A stretch of 64,000 nt of DNA from Patescibacteria group bacterium (GTDB taxonomy: Bacteria; Patescibacteriota; Saccharimonadia; UBA4664; SCTI01): positions 256,160 to 320,159 of the forward strand of contig SCTI01000002.1 of NCBI GenBank assembly GCA_004297735.1, written 5' to 3'. Shown piece after piece: positions 44,645 to 54,811 of the stretch; the first letter of the stretch is position 1, and each line of letters starts with the position of its first letter. The position numbers were made by a program, and so were the translations under genes. The notes under the pieces are model-generated. The model did not search any database. It was given only the letters and a program-made list of their open reading frames with translations, and was not told the DNA's origin.

Positions 44645-47552
44645 GGAACGTGATCGTCAAATTGCCGGTGGGGCATCTGACGATGCTGCGGCAGCGAAAC
44701 GAGCAGCTAAAGCCGAGGAGGCTCGTGAACTTGGTTTATATATTCCAGAAGATTTTGTCGATAATCCACAGAATCCAGGTAGCAACACTGGTATTGCAAA
44801 GCCCGATAGCACTGAAGAAAATCTAAAGGGTAGTGATGACTCCCAAATGCGGCGGGTTGGCCGAATGCGCGGTCTGGCTGACCGGGCGGTCACGCAGTTT
44901 AGGGGACTGAGCGGTAATCGGCGGGTGGTTGCCGCCGTACTGGGTGGCGGCGGAATTGTTGGCATTATGATAGCGCTGTTTTTAACCTTTGCTCAGTTTA
45001 AGCTCATTCACATGATGGAGAATATGGCTGATCATTTATTTTCGCGCAACCAGCACATGTTTGAGGTTCGCCGTGACGTTTATATGCGCGAGTTTTACAA
45101 TAACTACCTTGGTGCGCCGGATAGCAACATCGACGATAGCACCGCCACTCTCAGCCAACAGATTATGCGTCGAATGAAGGATGGGTTAGAGCCTCGGCTA
45201 AACGAAAAGTACAAGGTTGAGGTTAAAGCTGATCCAGCTAGCCCGCGCTACAAACGCGTAAAGTTTACCGACAAGCGGACCGGCCAAGTGACCGAGTTTA
45301 GTACCGCGTTTACTAATAGTGAGGACCGGCGCCGTGCCCGGGAGTTCAATAAGCAGGTTAGCCGTGAAATAACCCGAGACGATGGCTGGCTCAAGCGAGT
45401 CTGGTTTAAGGGGCGGATGACTAGAATAACCGGCACTAAATGGAACTGGCTTGATCCAATCAAGCAGCCATACAATAAAGCCAAGTTGGCCGCCTCCAAT
45501 CAAGTAGCAAAGTTTCTTTTAAGCGACCAGAGTAAGGCGTCTGGACTGCGTAAGCAGTTGATTTCAAAACTCTTTGGCGACACCGATATTGAGGATAGCG
45601 TGAATTCAGAAATTAGCACGGCCGCGAGCGCCGATGACGCCCAAAAACTTTTATCTGAAAAAATAACCTCGGCGGCCTCAAAGGGGGTTAGCACTGTCGG
45701 TTTGGCGGTATTGGCGGTTCAGGTTGGTTGTTCAATCGACGACCTATTATCTAAAGACACCTTCAATAAGGCTGTGCGACAAAAGATGGAGATTGAGTAT
45801 ATGACTCAATACGCCTCAATGATTAGTAAATCTAGTCAGCTAAAACTCGGTAAAACCGACGGCAATACGGTTAATGCCCACATGGCTATGATGACCTTTA
45901 CCGATAAAAACGGTAGGCCCCATGATGTGGCGGAAAGTAATAATTACCGCCGGGCTACCGGAGAAAAGGTCGACTACCACCCAACCGATAACTGCAATGA
46001 TTATTCTGAACTATGTGAAGCAAAGCTACCCGGTAAAGCCACCAGCGACCACGCCATTGCTGGTAACTTTTTGGCGGGAGCAGGAGCGGCTAGCTCAGCC
46101 TACAACTCCACCGCTTACCAGGTTGCAGCTAAGGTTATACCGTTACCTGGAATTCCAGGCAGTTTTGGTACCGATGCGGTTTGTTACGCCTGGGATCACG
46201 GAATAAAGCAGATATCAAATGGTGTTGCTGACGTTGTTGATCGCTTACTTAGCGCAGTACCAGTTGTACGTACTGTGTGGGGGGAGATTAAGGGAGCTAG
46301 CGCAGATGTTGTCGGCGCAATTAATGATAAGTTTATGGGCTGGATAGCGGTGTCGGTGGTTGATGCGGATACCACGGGTCCATTCTTAGCTAGCGCCACT
46401 GGCGCAGGCGGTAGCCTAGCGGCGGCTTCAGCGGCTGGATCACCGGTAGGAACCGATGCGACCGGAGATGACAGCCAGGCTTGTCACAATAAATCAGCCG
46501 AGGAAAAAGCCCAAGATGATAGCTTTTGCGGCAAACCATTAAGTCGAGATCAAATCGCCCAGACAGATCGTGTGATTGCGCAGGAAGAGTATGAAGACGC
46601 TAAAAACGCTCCTTTCATGACCAAGATTGCCTCGCTCGACACACCTTACTCTCTAGCTAGCAAAGTGGTGGACGCAATCCCTGCCTCACCCCAAACTCTT
46701 ACCGATCGCACCAGCCAGTTTATTATTGCTGCCACCAATCCACACTCGCTAATGAAAGCCCTGCGTAACCTACCTAACGCGCTGTCGCCACAAGCCATAG
46801 CCTCCCAGGGCCAGGGTTCGCTGGTAGTAAACAGTGATGGCACCGATCAGTACAACACCCGCATTTACGGTCATACCGAAGAAGATCTACAAAAACCCCT
46901 CGATTCACCCGGCTTAGAGAATCTTGATAGGAATACGGGGTGTAGTATTATCGCTGGACTAAAAGGTAAAAAGGACAAGCATGGTGATCCAATAGAACTG
47001 CCTGAGAAATGCGAGATAGATGGTCAAAGTGGAAACTACAGTGTTAATAGCCCAGATACGCCAGACAACCCTGGAGATGTTACGGGTGATGCTAAAACTA
47101 TTGCCCAACACATACTTGACGAAGCTGATAAAGATAATCCAAAAATAATTTTTAACCCTACTATGTATAACTCCCAAGATGAGGCGGATGGATCTACCCC
47201 CCGTAAAAATGTTGAGCAAATTGCCCACGGCCAAAAAGCAAAAACCACTACCACCTGTGGGGGTAGCCGCGGGGGAGCAGTACCGCCAGTATCCGAAGTT
47301 GTACTTAACACAAGCCTACTTAAGTTTATACTTGAGCTTAGTGGTAGAACCACCATCCATATAAACGCACTGGCCGGGCAATGCCACCATGATACATCGT
47401 CAAATCATTACAAGGGCAAGGCTATTGACTTTGGTTGTCCATTAAATGCAAGTGAGGCTGATGCAGTGGGGCGAAAATACGGAATATCGGACGGTACGGG
47501 TGAGTACTGCTCAAATACATCACACTACCACTACTCGGTCGGGGGTCACTAG
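44634..47552 (+). CDS. Large membrane-anchored T4SS-associated protein with C-terminal M15-like peptidase motif
   Basis: TM near residue 100; C-terminus SNHYKGKAID...HYHYS. Confidence 0.6.
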   Translation: MPVEERDRQIAGGASDDAAAAKRAAKAEEARELGLYIPEDFVDNPQNPGSNTGIAKPDSTEENLKGSDDSQMRRVGRMRGLADRAVTQFRGLSGNRRVVAAVLGGGGIVGIMIALFLTFAQFKLIHMMENMADHLFSRNQHMFEVRRDVYMREFYNNYLGAPDSNIDDSTATLSQQIMRRMKDGLEPRLNEKYKVEVKADPASPRYKRVKFTDKRTGQVTEFSTAFTNSEDRRRAREFNKQVSREITRDDGWLKRVWFKGRMTRITGTKWNWLDPIKQPYNKAKLAASNQVAKFLLSDQSKASGLRKQLISKLFGDTDIEDSVNSEISTAASADDAQKLLSEKITSAASKGVSTVGLAVLAVQVGCSIDDLLSKDTFNKAVRQKMEIEYMTQYASMISKSSQLKLGKTDGNTVNAHMAMMTFTDKNGRPHDVAESNNYRRATGEKVDYHPTDNCNDYSELCEAKLPGKATSDHAIAGNFLAGAGAASSAYNSTAYQVAAKVIPLPGIPGSFGTDAVCYAWDHGIKQISNGVADVVDRLLSAVPVVRTVWGEIKGASADVVGAINDKFMGWIAVSVVDADTTGPFLASATGAGGSLAAASAAGSPVGTDATGDDSQACHNKSAEEKAQDDSFCGKPLSRDQIAQTDRVIAQEEYEDAKNAPFMTKIASLDTPYSLASKVVDAIPASPQTLTDRTSQFIIAATNPHSLMKALRNLPNALSPQAIASQGQGSLVVNSDGTDQYNTRIYGHTEEDLQKPLDSPGLENLDRNTGCSIIAGLKGKKDKHGDPIELPEKCEIDGQSGNYSVNSPDTPDNPGDVTGDAKTIAQHILDEADKDNPKIIFNPTMYNSQDEADGSTPRKNVEQIAHGQKAKTTTTCGGSRGGAVPPVSEVVLNTSLLKFILELSGRTTIHINALAGQCHHDTSSNHYKGKAIDFGCPLNASEADAVGRKYGISDGTGEYCSNTSHYHYSVGGH

Positions 47553-47554
47553 GC

Positions 47555-49306
47555 GTGAGAAAGCTTTGCTATATATTTATATGCATTATTACCCTACTTA
47601 CAGTACCTATGCAGGCTTTTGCCGCTGAAAGTATTTCCGATGAAGACTCCGTGTTTTACGGCGCAGAGTGGTATGACCCAAATGGTACATGTTCCGGTAG
47701 TGGTAGTGCTGTTTTTGGACCAGGAACGCTGCCAAGCTCTGTACCTGAACCCTATAATCGGATATTTACCGCAGCCGCCAGGAAATTTAATATTTCTGCA
47801 GCATTTCTTGCTGCAGTGTTTTACGGTGGAGAACACGGGAATAGCTTCCCCGAACCCCCTCCACCATATGGCCACGGTGCACCATGGGCTACTTCTTGGG
47901 CTGCTGCTCAAGGACCTTTTCAATTCCTAGAATCAACATGGCGTAGCTATAAGGTTGACGGAAATGGGGATGGTCGAGAGGATATTCAAGATCTAACAGA
48001 TGGTGCTTTTGGTGGAGCTAAGTACCTTGCGGCACTAGGAGCCAAAAACACCACTAGTGAAGCTAAGCTTCGCAAAGCCGCCGCCGATTACAATGGCATA
48101 CATGATCCAAGCGCATCATATCCAAGTAATGTATGGGCTGCTTACCAGAAGTTTTCTACAGGCTCTCCATCACCCAGCGCCACCTCTTCGCCCTCTGGAG
48201 CCACGCCAGATCCAACCGGTGGTGGTGAGGGGTCGGTGTATATTTTAGGAGATTCATTAATGGTGGGTTCCTACTATGAAGGTAATAAGTATCTAAAAGG
48301 CTTTTTAGATACTAAAAACATCAACGCTTATGTTGATGCGTCGGTTGGCCGGGGAATAAAAAGCGGGGGGTCGGATCCATCAAATAATAGGCCTGCTGCA
48401 GAGAAATCAGGAATCGATGCAGTTGAAATCGACAAAGATGTTATTAAAGATGCCGGAACTATTGTGATTGAGCTTGGGACAAATAAAAGCAGTTCTACTA
48501 ATGCCTTTAAGCAGGATATGAAGGATTTGATTAATAAAGTCAAAAGTATAAATGGGGATGCAAAAATATATTGGGTTAATATTGTATCGGAAAATGACTC
48601 CGATTATACGACATACAATACAATCATTGAACAAGTCACATCTGACGAAAATATTTATTTTATTGATGAAAAATCCAAAAATATTAATTTAGACGGATCA
48701 AAATTACACCCAACCGATGATGGTTATAAAAAATACTCACAAACAATCGCCGATGCAGTTGGTGCAGCTGGTAGTCAAAATGCGGCTGAGTGTACTAGTA
48801 CGGGTGGTGTTGGGGCATCTGGGTATAAAAACCCTCTTAGGGACATTAGGGGTCTCACCCGAATGCGTATTGATATGGGTGTAGATTATGGTGGTAGTGG
48901 TCCTTTTTATGCAATCGGTAATGGTAAAGTAGTGTCAGCTACAACAAGTAGCGGCTGGCCGGGAGGGAATTGGGTTAGCTACCAGCTAACAGATGGGCCG
49001 GCAAAAGATAAGTATGTATATGTGGCGGAAAATTGCAGTATAAAAGTTAGCGTCGGTGATGAGGTTACCTCAGACACGGTTTTATGTGAATTACATGACT
49101 CATACCCCTACTCAGAAACTGGTTGGGCAGTGCCGCCAGACCAAGGGACTACTGCTGCTGCTCATAATGTATATGTTGAGGGTGATGTGACTGCATATGG
49201 TGTTAACTTCTCCGATCTAATGAAGAGTATTGGGGCACCACCAGGTGTAGGTAATCGTAATGCTGCGGTTGGTAGCTTACCTGATGGGTGGCCATCTTGG
49301 AGGTAA
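47555..49306 (+). CDS. Secreted lytic transglycosylase + SGNH + degenerate M23-like protein
   Basis: AQGPFQFL..TW..Y.VDGNGDG..D; GDSL/ELGTN/DGSKLHP; RIDMGVDYGG. Confidence 0.72.
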   Translation: MRKLCYIFICIITLLTVPMQAFAAESISDEDSVFYGAEWYDPNGTCSGSGSAVFGPGTLPSSVPEPYNRIFTAAARKFNISAAFLAAVFYGGEHGNSFPEPPPPYGHGAPWATSWAAAQGPFQFLESTWRSYKVDGNGDGREDIQDLTDGAFGGAKYLAALGAKNTTSEAKLRKAAADYNGIHDPSASYPSNVWAAYQKFSTGSPSPSATSSPSGATPDPTGGGEGSVYILGDSLMVGSYYEGNKYLKGFLDTKNINAYVDASVGRGIKSGGSDPSNNRPAAEKSGIDAVEIDKDVIKDAGTIVIELGTNKSSSTNAFKQDMKDLINKVKSINGDAKIYWVNIVSENDSDYTTYNTIIEQVTSDENIYFIDEKSKNINLDGSKLHPTDDGYKKYSQTIADAVGAAGSQNAAECTSTGGVGASGYKNPLRDIRGLTRMRIDMGVDYGGSGPFYAIGNGKVVSATTSSGWPGGNWVSYQLTDGPAKDKYVYVAENCSIKVSVGDEVTSDTVLCELHDSYPYSETGWAVPPDQGTTAAAHNVYVEGDVTAYGVNFSDLMKSIGAPPGVGNRNAAVGSLPDGWPSWR

Positions 49307-49319
49307 TAAGCGAGACGTG

Positions 49320-50699
49320 ATGATAAGAAGAGTAATAACATACATAATTGCTACTACTATTGTTTTAGTGGTTGGGGTGTTTATTTATAACTTTTTCACA
49401 ACCGGATCAATAAAAATAACTACAAATGATCCAGAAAACATTATTACACTCACACCGGTTTCAGATGATGATGATATTAAAGCCAAAGATGCCGAAATAA
49501 AACAGGGTAAAGGTAGTTTAAGTGTCACGGTTCATACGGGTAAATATATTGCATCGGTCGACGGCGGGTCTATTGCAATAACAAAAATAATCAACCTATC
49601 ATCGCATAAGACGATTAGGGAATATTTAAATCCTCAAAAAACAAGCGCCATAGAGCCAGTTGCTAATGAGCCTGGTGTAAATGTATCTGCTGACGACTCT
49701 TCACTTGTATACGTCAATTCCCTTAATAACACACTAAATCGCATATCATCATCAAATAACATTATAAAGTTAAGCGATGTTAAGTTTAAGGTTATTAAGT
49801 GGGCTAACCCAAACTTTGGTTTTGGCCAGGGTGTAGACAACAGTTTTTATATTATTAAAAATGGATCTGTATTAAAATTATCAACTCCGGCTGATGTGGG
49901 TGATAGTAATATAGTAAACTTTGATGTGTCGCCAGATGAAAAAATATATTTTTCGTGGAACGGTAAAATTTATAAATATTCAGGTAAAGAATTTATTGAG
50001 ATATATAAATCAAAAACATCACACCCCAACCTTATAGCGTCGGTAAATGGTGTGATTGCTTTAGATAGTAGTGGTGACGCCCGTGCTGGAAACACTGAGC
50101 CAATAATGGCTTTTATTAAAAATAAAGGTGTTAAAAAGCAAAAAATTGAAGCCTATACCGGATCTTGGTCACCCAGCGGTAAGTACCTTGCCACCAGTAG
50201 TGATTCTGGTAGTAATATTTATGATGATAACCTTAGGGAGGTTGCGGTCATACCTAGCCAAAATATCAACTCTCCTACATGGTTAAACGATTACACGTTA
50301 TTATATGGTATTCAAGATGGTCTATGGTCGTATAATATCCAAAATCAGCAGGCTCACAAGATTGCCAATATACCTCTAGCTGAGCCAATATCGGAAATAC
50401 AGATTAGTCATAATAAAGAGTATGCCTATGTGGTGGTTGGCGAAGAAGGAACCGCTTCCATTAAAAGAATTGGTATTAATAACCAAACAACCCCTAAGGT
50501 TGTTTTAGCACTACAAAACCTTTTACCATTAACCTTAAGTCAATCTACTATACAACTAATAAATTTTTCTGGTAAGCCGGCGGTTGTTGTTAAGCCTATA
50601 CCCGGAATACCCCAAACAAACTATCAGCAAGAAGCTCAAAATGAACTTAAATTAGACGGCATAGATCTTAATCAAATAGAGTTAAGGTTTGGTGGTTAG
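49320..50699 (+). CDS. AT-rich membrane-anchored beta-propeller-like protein
   Basis: N-terminal TM; WSPSGKYLA, FDVSPDEKIY, PTWLND repeats; start MIRR at 49320. Confidence 0.6.
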   Translation: MIRRVITYIIATTIVLVVGVFIYNFFTTGSIKITTNDPENIITLTPVSDDDDIKAKDAEIKQGKGSLSVTVHTGKYIASVDGGSIAITKIINLSSHKTIREYLNPQKTSAIEPVANEPGVNVSADDSSLVYVNSLNNTLNRISSSNNIIKLSDVKFKVIKWANPNFGFGQGVDNSFYIIKNGSVLKLSTPADVGDSNIVNFDVSPDEKIYFSWNGKIYKYSGKEFIEIYKSKTSHPNLIASVNGVIALDSSGDARAGNTEPIMAFIKNKGVKKQKIEAYTGSWSPSGKYLATSSDSGSNIYDDNLREVAVIPSQNINSPTWLNDYTLLYGIQDGLWSYNIQNQQAHKIANIPLAEPISEIQISHNKEYAYVVVGEEGTASIKRIGINNQTTPKVVLALQNLLPLTLSQSTIQLINFSGKPAVVVKPIPGIPQTNYQQEAQNELKLDGIDLNQIELRFGG

Positions 50700-50950
50700 T
50701 AGTTAATATTTATAACTAAGTGTTTCACCTTATTAAATTTACCCTTAATCTCAACCTGCATAAACCTTAACTCACTAGCGATACTAGCGCTTTTTGTGGT
50801 AACTCGTAATACGCCATCGTTGATACTAACGGCTCGACATTTACCAGGAAATACCTTGTCCAGATAGCATTGAACCTCACTTAAAGTATCACCGCGCTCT
50901 AAGCCCAGCTGACTGGCTTTGCGCTGTAGGTAATCATTTATACCATCCAT
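50696..50950 (-). CDS. DciA/DUF721-like protein
   Basis: RAVSINDGVLRV.T.SASIASELRF; located after recF. Confidence 0.7.
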   Translation of the reverse strand: MDGINDYLQRKASQLGLERGDTLSEVQCYLDKVFPGKCRAVSINDGVLRVTTKSASIASELRFMQVEIKGKFNKVKHLVININY

Positions 50951-50951
50951 A

Positions 50952-52010
50952 CTAAACTCGCGCCTTAGGATTGGTGTAAATGGTGTGAGCATCAAGCTGG
51001 CTAGCCATATCGCCATCGGTGGTGGTGATAATTACCTGGTGACCGTCAAACGCCTGAGTGAGTAGGGTACGGCGCTGGTCATCAAGCTCACTAAACACAT
51101 CGTCTAGTAATAAAATAGGGGATATACCGGTGGCTTGTTTAATATAAGTTAACTCCGCTAATTTAAGAGTTAATACAACCGTACGAATCTCGCCACGAGA
51201 GGCTACCGTGGTTATGTCGCTATCCTTGAAGTTAACTTCCATATCATCTCGGTGCGGGCCGATAGTGGTAAAGCCGGCACCGAGATCGCGCGCCTGATTT
51301 GCTTCTAGTAGTCTAATAAAGTGACTAGGATAATCTAATGGATCTGCGGCGCCAAGATAATTAAGTTCAACCGGCTCAGCTTTGCCGGCGATTTTAGCGT
51401 AGCTTGATTCGGCTAATTTATTAATGTGATCCACCACCTGACGCCGCGCCGCATCAATATCGGCAGCTAGTTCTGCTAATTTAACATTCCAGGCAAAAAG
51501 CTCTGCGGTATCACCGGTCCAATCTGATAATAAACGATTACGCTGCTGCAAAACCCGGCGGTAACGATGAGTTAAGGTTAAATAGTTGGGGTTGGTTTGA
51601 GTTAAGATAAAATCAAGATAACGGCGGCGGCGATCTGGGGCACCAAGAATAAGTTGAGTATCGTTCGGTTCAAATAGTACCACCTTAAGCCGACTAAGGT
51701 GTTTTATTAACGACTGTTTATTGCCCTGGTGGTAGGCGCGCTTTTCGGTGTTTTGGTCATTTTTTTGATACCCTAAACCAATCTCACCATCAGTTGTGTC
51801 GGCGGTTAAACGGTAAAAAGATTCACCGTGGCGAATTAACTCGGTGTCTTTGGCACGGAATGATTTCGTGGTAGCGAGCACGAATACGGCTTCGAGTAGA
51901 TTGGTTTTACCGGTAGCGTTTGGTCCAACCACCACGGTTAACTTTGGATTAAGATCGGTTGTAAATTCCGAATACGAACGGAAGTTGGTTAGGGTTAAGC
52001 GTGAGATCAC
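50952..52010 (-). CDS. recF: DNA replication/repair protein RecF
   Basis: NFRSY, GPNATGKTN, GPHRDD, LLLDDVFSELD. Confidence 0.96.
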   Translation of the reverse strand: MISRLTLTNFRSYSEFTTDLNPKLTVVVGPNATGKTNLLEAVFVLATTKSFRAKDTELIRHGESFYRLTADTTDGEIGLGYQKNDQNTEKRAYHQGNKQSLIKHLSRLKVVLFEPNDTQLILGAPDRRRRYLDFILTQTNPNYLTLTHRYRRVLQQRNRLLSDWTGDTAELFAWNVKLAELAADIDAARRQVVDHINKLAESSYAKIAGKAEPVELNYLGAADPLDYPSHFIRLLEANQARDLGAGFTTIGPHRDDMEVNFKDSDITTVASRGEIRTVVLTLKLAELTYIKQATGISPILLLDDVFSELDDQRRTLLTQAFDGHQVIITTTDGDMASQLDAHTIYTNPKARV

Positions 52011-52016
52011 AATGCC

Positions 52017-53126
52017 TCACGTTCGAACCGGCATAATGATGTGTAGATAGTTCGGCGCATCATTACCATCAGGTTTAATAACCGTAGCATTTAACTTTCC
52101 ACTCATACTAATCGAGACCTTCTTGGTTTTAATAGCAGTTAGGGCGTCAGTTAAGTATGAGGCGTTTAATGATATCTCATTATCATCGCCGGCCACCTCA
52201 CAGGGGGAGCTAGAGGTGTTATCACCAACCTGAGCTGCCGAGGACAATATCCTCAACTCACCCTCAGCTTGGACCTCAATCCGGATATTGCCACCGTTCT
52301 CACGAGCAAACAGGTGGGCCATCTTTGTTATTCGAGTAAAATCTACGGTAGCGAGTGTGGCGCGAGTCTCTTCGTTGCTAGGGATGATCTGTTGATAATC
52401 TGGGAACTTACCCTCAATCAGCCGAGATACCAACTCGGTGTCATCAACCTGGAACATCACTTGATTATCGGCGATATACATCGCTACATCGCCCTCACTT
52501 TCACCCAAAATACGTACCAGTTCCTGCATGGTTCGAGTTGGAATGATGGCCTGTAGTTCGGTATCGGCTTGTTTTGGTAGTGGTAGTTTATACTCGGCCA
52601 GGCGGAAACTGTCGGTGGAAACCAACACCAGCTGCCCCTCGTCGATATACATATAAACTCCCGCCAAAACCGGGCGGCTTTCGTCGGGGGCGGCAGCAAC
52701 CACCACCTGAGCAATCGCCTCGCGCAACAGTTCGGAGGGGAGTGTAAGGATAGGTTTGGTTGAAACTTCCGGTGTGGCTGGAAACTCCTCGGCAGCAATA
52801 CCGTTCATATGGGAGTTATAGTTGGGTGTGGTAATGGTAAGGTTGGCATCGGTGGTTTCAAGATCAAGGTTCTTACCACTTGGAAGGTTAGCAACAAACT
52901 CACCTAGAAGCTTAGCCGGAACGGTAATTGATCCTTCTTGCTCTACTTTGCAACCAATCCAGTGTGTAATACCTATTTCTAAATTGGTTGCCGAAATCTT
53001 AAGTCGATTACTATCGGTACTTATTAGGACGTTAGCTAGGACCGGTAGACTGGTACGACTTCCAACAATACGTCCAGTGACTTGTAGGGCTCGAGCTAGA
53101 TTTTCTTGAGTGATTCTAACTTTCAT
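52017..53126 (-). CDS. dnaN: DNA polymerase III beta clamp
   Basis: ATNLEI, RPVLAGV, TDSFRL, LIEGKFPDY, IMPVR; alternative GTG start at 53138. Confidence 0.96.
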   Translation of the reverse strand: MKVRITQENLARALQVTGRIVGSRTSLPVLANVLISTDSNRLKISATNLEIGITHWIGCKVEQEGSITVPAKLLGEFVANLPSGKNLDLETTDANLTITTPNYNSHMNGIAAEEFPATPEVSTKPILTLPSELLREAIAQVVVAAAPDESRPVLAGVYMYIDEGQLVLVSTDSFRLAEYKLPLPKQADTELQAIIPTRTMQELVRILGESEGDVAMYIADNQVMFQVDDTELVSRLIEGKFPDYQQIIPSNEETRATLATVDFTRITKMAHLFARENGGNIRIEVQAEGELRILSSAAQVGDNTSSSPCEVAGDDNEISLNASYLTDALTAIKTKKVSISMSGKLNATVIKPDGNDAPNYLHIIMPVRT

Positions 53127-53129
53127 AAT

Positions 53130-53419
53130 TCTTTCCACATCCTCAGGTTCTTATTAGTATACTTTAATTTTTTAAATAGATTGAAGTGGTAGTAGGGCCT
53201 GGGGAAACCGGGGAAGTTGAATAATTTTAGTGTTCTTAAGCCAAAATACTTATGTTCATCTTGGTGAAAACCCGGGAAAACCATGCTTAAAACGGTTGTG
53301 ATTAAATTTGGTTTTTGGGTAAAAAAGTTACTACTTAAATTTAATCTGCGGATAATATTTTTATTATTCAAAGCCTGTACCATAGTTTGCCCCCTATCTT
53401 TCCCCATGATATCCCCAGC
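53130..53419. other. oriC candidate, dnaA-dnaN spacer
   Basis: AT-rich spacer with degenerate DnaA boxes (TGCGGATAA 53347-53355, TTTCCACA, several TGGGGAAA/TTTCCCCA). Confidence 0.7.
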
Positions 53420-54811
53420 CTAAGCCGACAATCTCTCTCTTAAAAGATTAACTTCCGAGCGAATTGCATGATCACTTTCGATAGCTTTTTCGATTTTAGT
53501 AACCGAATGTACCGCTGTACTATGGTCGCGTCCTCCAACTTGCTTAGCGATCTTAGGGTAACTTAGCCCAAGCTCGGTACGCATTAAGAACATCGCAATT
53601 TGGCGCGGCACCACAATCTCGCGATCACGGCGGGTGCCTAAGATATCGCTACTCATTAAGTCGTAATAAGCGGCGGTTTGATCGATGATGAACTTAGGGG
53701 TGATCGAGCGGGCCCGCTTAGGTGACACACTACCAAGTAGGCCGGCCACAAACTCAATTGTGGGGGCTTGGTTCTTTAATTCACACTGTGCCAAGATACT
53801 GGTTAAGGTGCCTTCGAGTTCGCGAATGTTTTGGTGGCAGTTTTTAGCTAGGTATTCAACCACATCCATGGTTAGCTCGGCGCCAAGCACCGCCGCCTTG
53901 CGCTCAATGATTGCCTCGCGGGTTTCAAGGTCTGGCTTTTGAACATCAGCAACCATGCCTGACTCAAAACGAGATCGAAGCCTTGCTTCGAGGTTGGGGA
54001 TAGTGGAGGGGGGCTGATCGCTAGATAAGATAACCTGCTTGTTGGCTTGGTAGAGAGCGTTAAAGGTGTGGAAGAACTCCTCTTGGGTTCGCTCTTTTTT
54101 ACCCAAAAACTGGATATCATCAACAATTAATACATCTAAGCTTCGGTAGCGATCGGTAAAGCTCTTGATGGTTTTATTTTGAATTCCATCAAGAAACTCA
54201 CGAGTAAAGTCCTCACTGGTGACATACGCCACCCGTTTATTGGAGTCTTCAGCCAAAATTCGGTTACCAATAGCCTGCATTAGGTGGGTTTTACCGAGTC
54301 CAACCCCTCCATATAGGAATAAGGGATTGTATTTGGTACCTGGGTGTTTGGCCACAGCTAAGCTAGCGGCGTAGGCCAGCTCGTTACTTGGTCCAATCAC
54401 AAAGTTTTCGAAAGTATATTTTTGATTAAGCCGGCTGGATCCAAGATTACGACTAGAGGTAGAGGTTACAGTGGGTGAGGCGGTTGCCGGTGCAAGTAAC
54501 TGGTCCTTGTGGCTGCTTGTTGGCGCGGCGGTCTTGGCTTTGGTTGATTTTTTTGAGTTGGTGGGTGGGTTGGTAATTTTATATTCGATCGACTCAACCG
54601 GAGAATTAACTCGTTTTAAAATGTCTTTAATCTTTTCGCCATAGGTTTTTTCTAGTCGGTTCTTGGTGAAGATGTTTGGCACGGCAACTACTAATCGCCC
54701 ATTAGCATCATCAAGTAGCGCGGTTTGTTTAAACCACGTCTTAAATGCTGCGCGACTAACACTCAGCTCAAGCTCGCCCAAGACGGCTTGCCATACCTTG
54801 CGGGAATCCAT
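53420..54811 (-). CDS. dnaA: Chromosomal replication initiator DnaA
   Basis: YTFENFV, NPLFLYGGVGLGKTHL, DDIQF, RELEG, RDHST. Confidence 0.98.
   Translation of the reverse strand: MDSRKVWQAVLGELELSVSRAAFKTWFKQTALLDDANGRLVVAVPNIFTKNRLEKTYGEKIKDILKRVNSPVESIEYKITNPPTNSKKSTKAKTAAPTSSHKDQLLAPATASPTVTSTSSRNLGSSRLNQKYTFENFVIGPSNELAYAASLAVAKHPGTKYNPLFLYGGVGLGKTHLMQAIGNRILAEDSNKRVAYVTSEDFTREFLDGIQNKTIKSFTDRYRSLDVLIVDDIQFLGKKERTQEEFFHTFNALYQANKQVILSSDQPPSTIPNLEARLRSRFESGMVADVQKPDLETREAIIERKAAVLGAELTMDVVEYLAKNCHQNIRELEGTLTSILAQCELKNQAPTIEFVAGLLGSVSPKRARSITPKFIIDQTAAYYDLMSSDILGTRRDREIVVPRQIAMFLMRTELGLSYPKIAKQVGGRDHSTAVHSVTKIEKAIESDHAIRSEVNLLRERLSA

Noticed and set aside
53123-53407. 94-aa ORF between dnaA and dnaN
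   Set aside because: AT-rich DnaA-box spacer with no recognisable protein features
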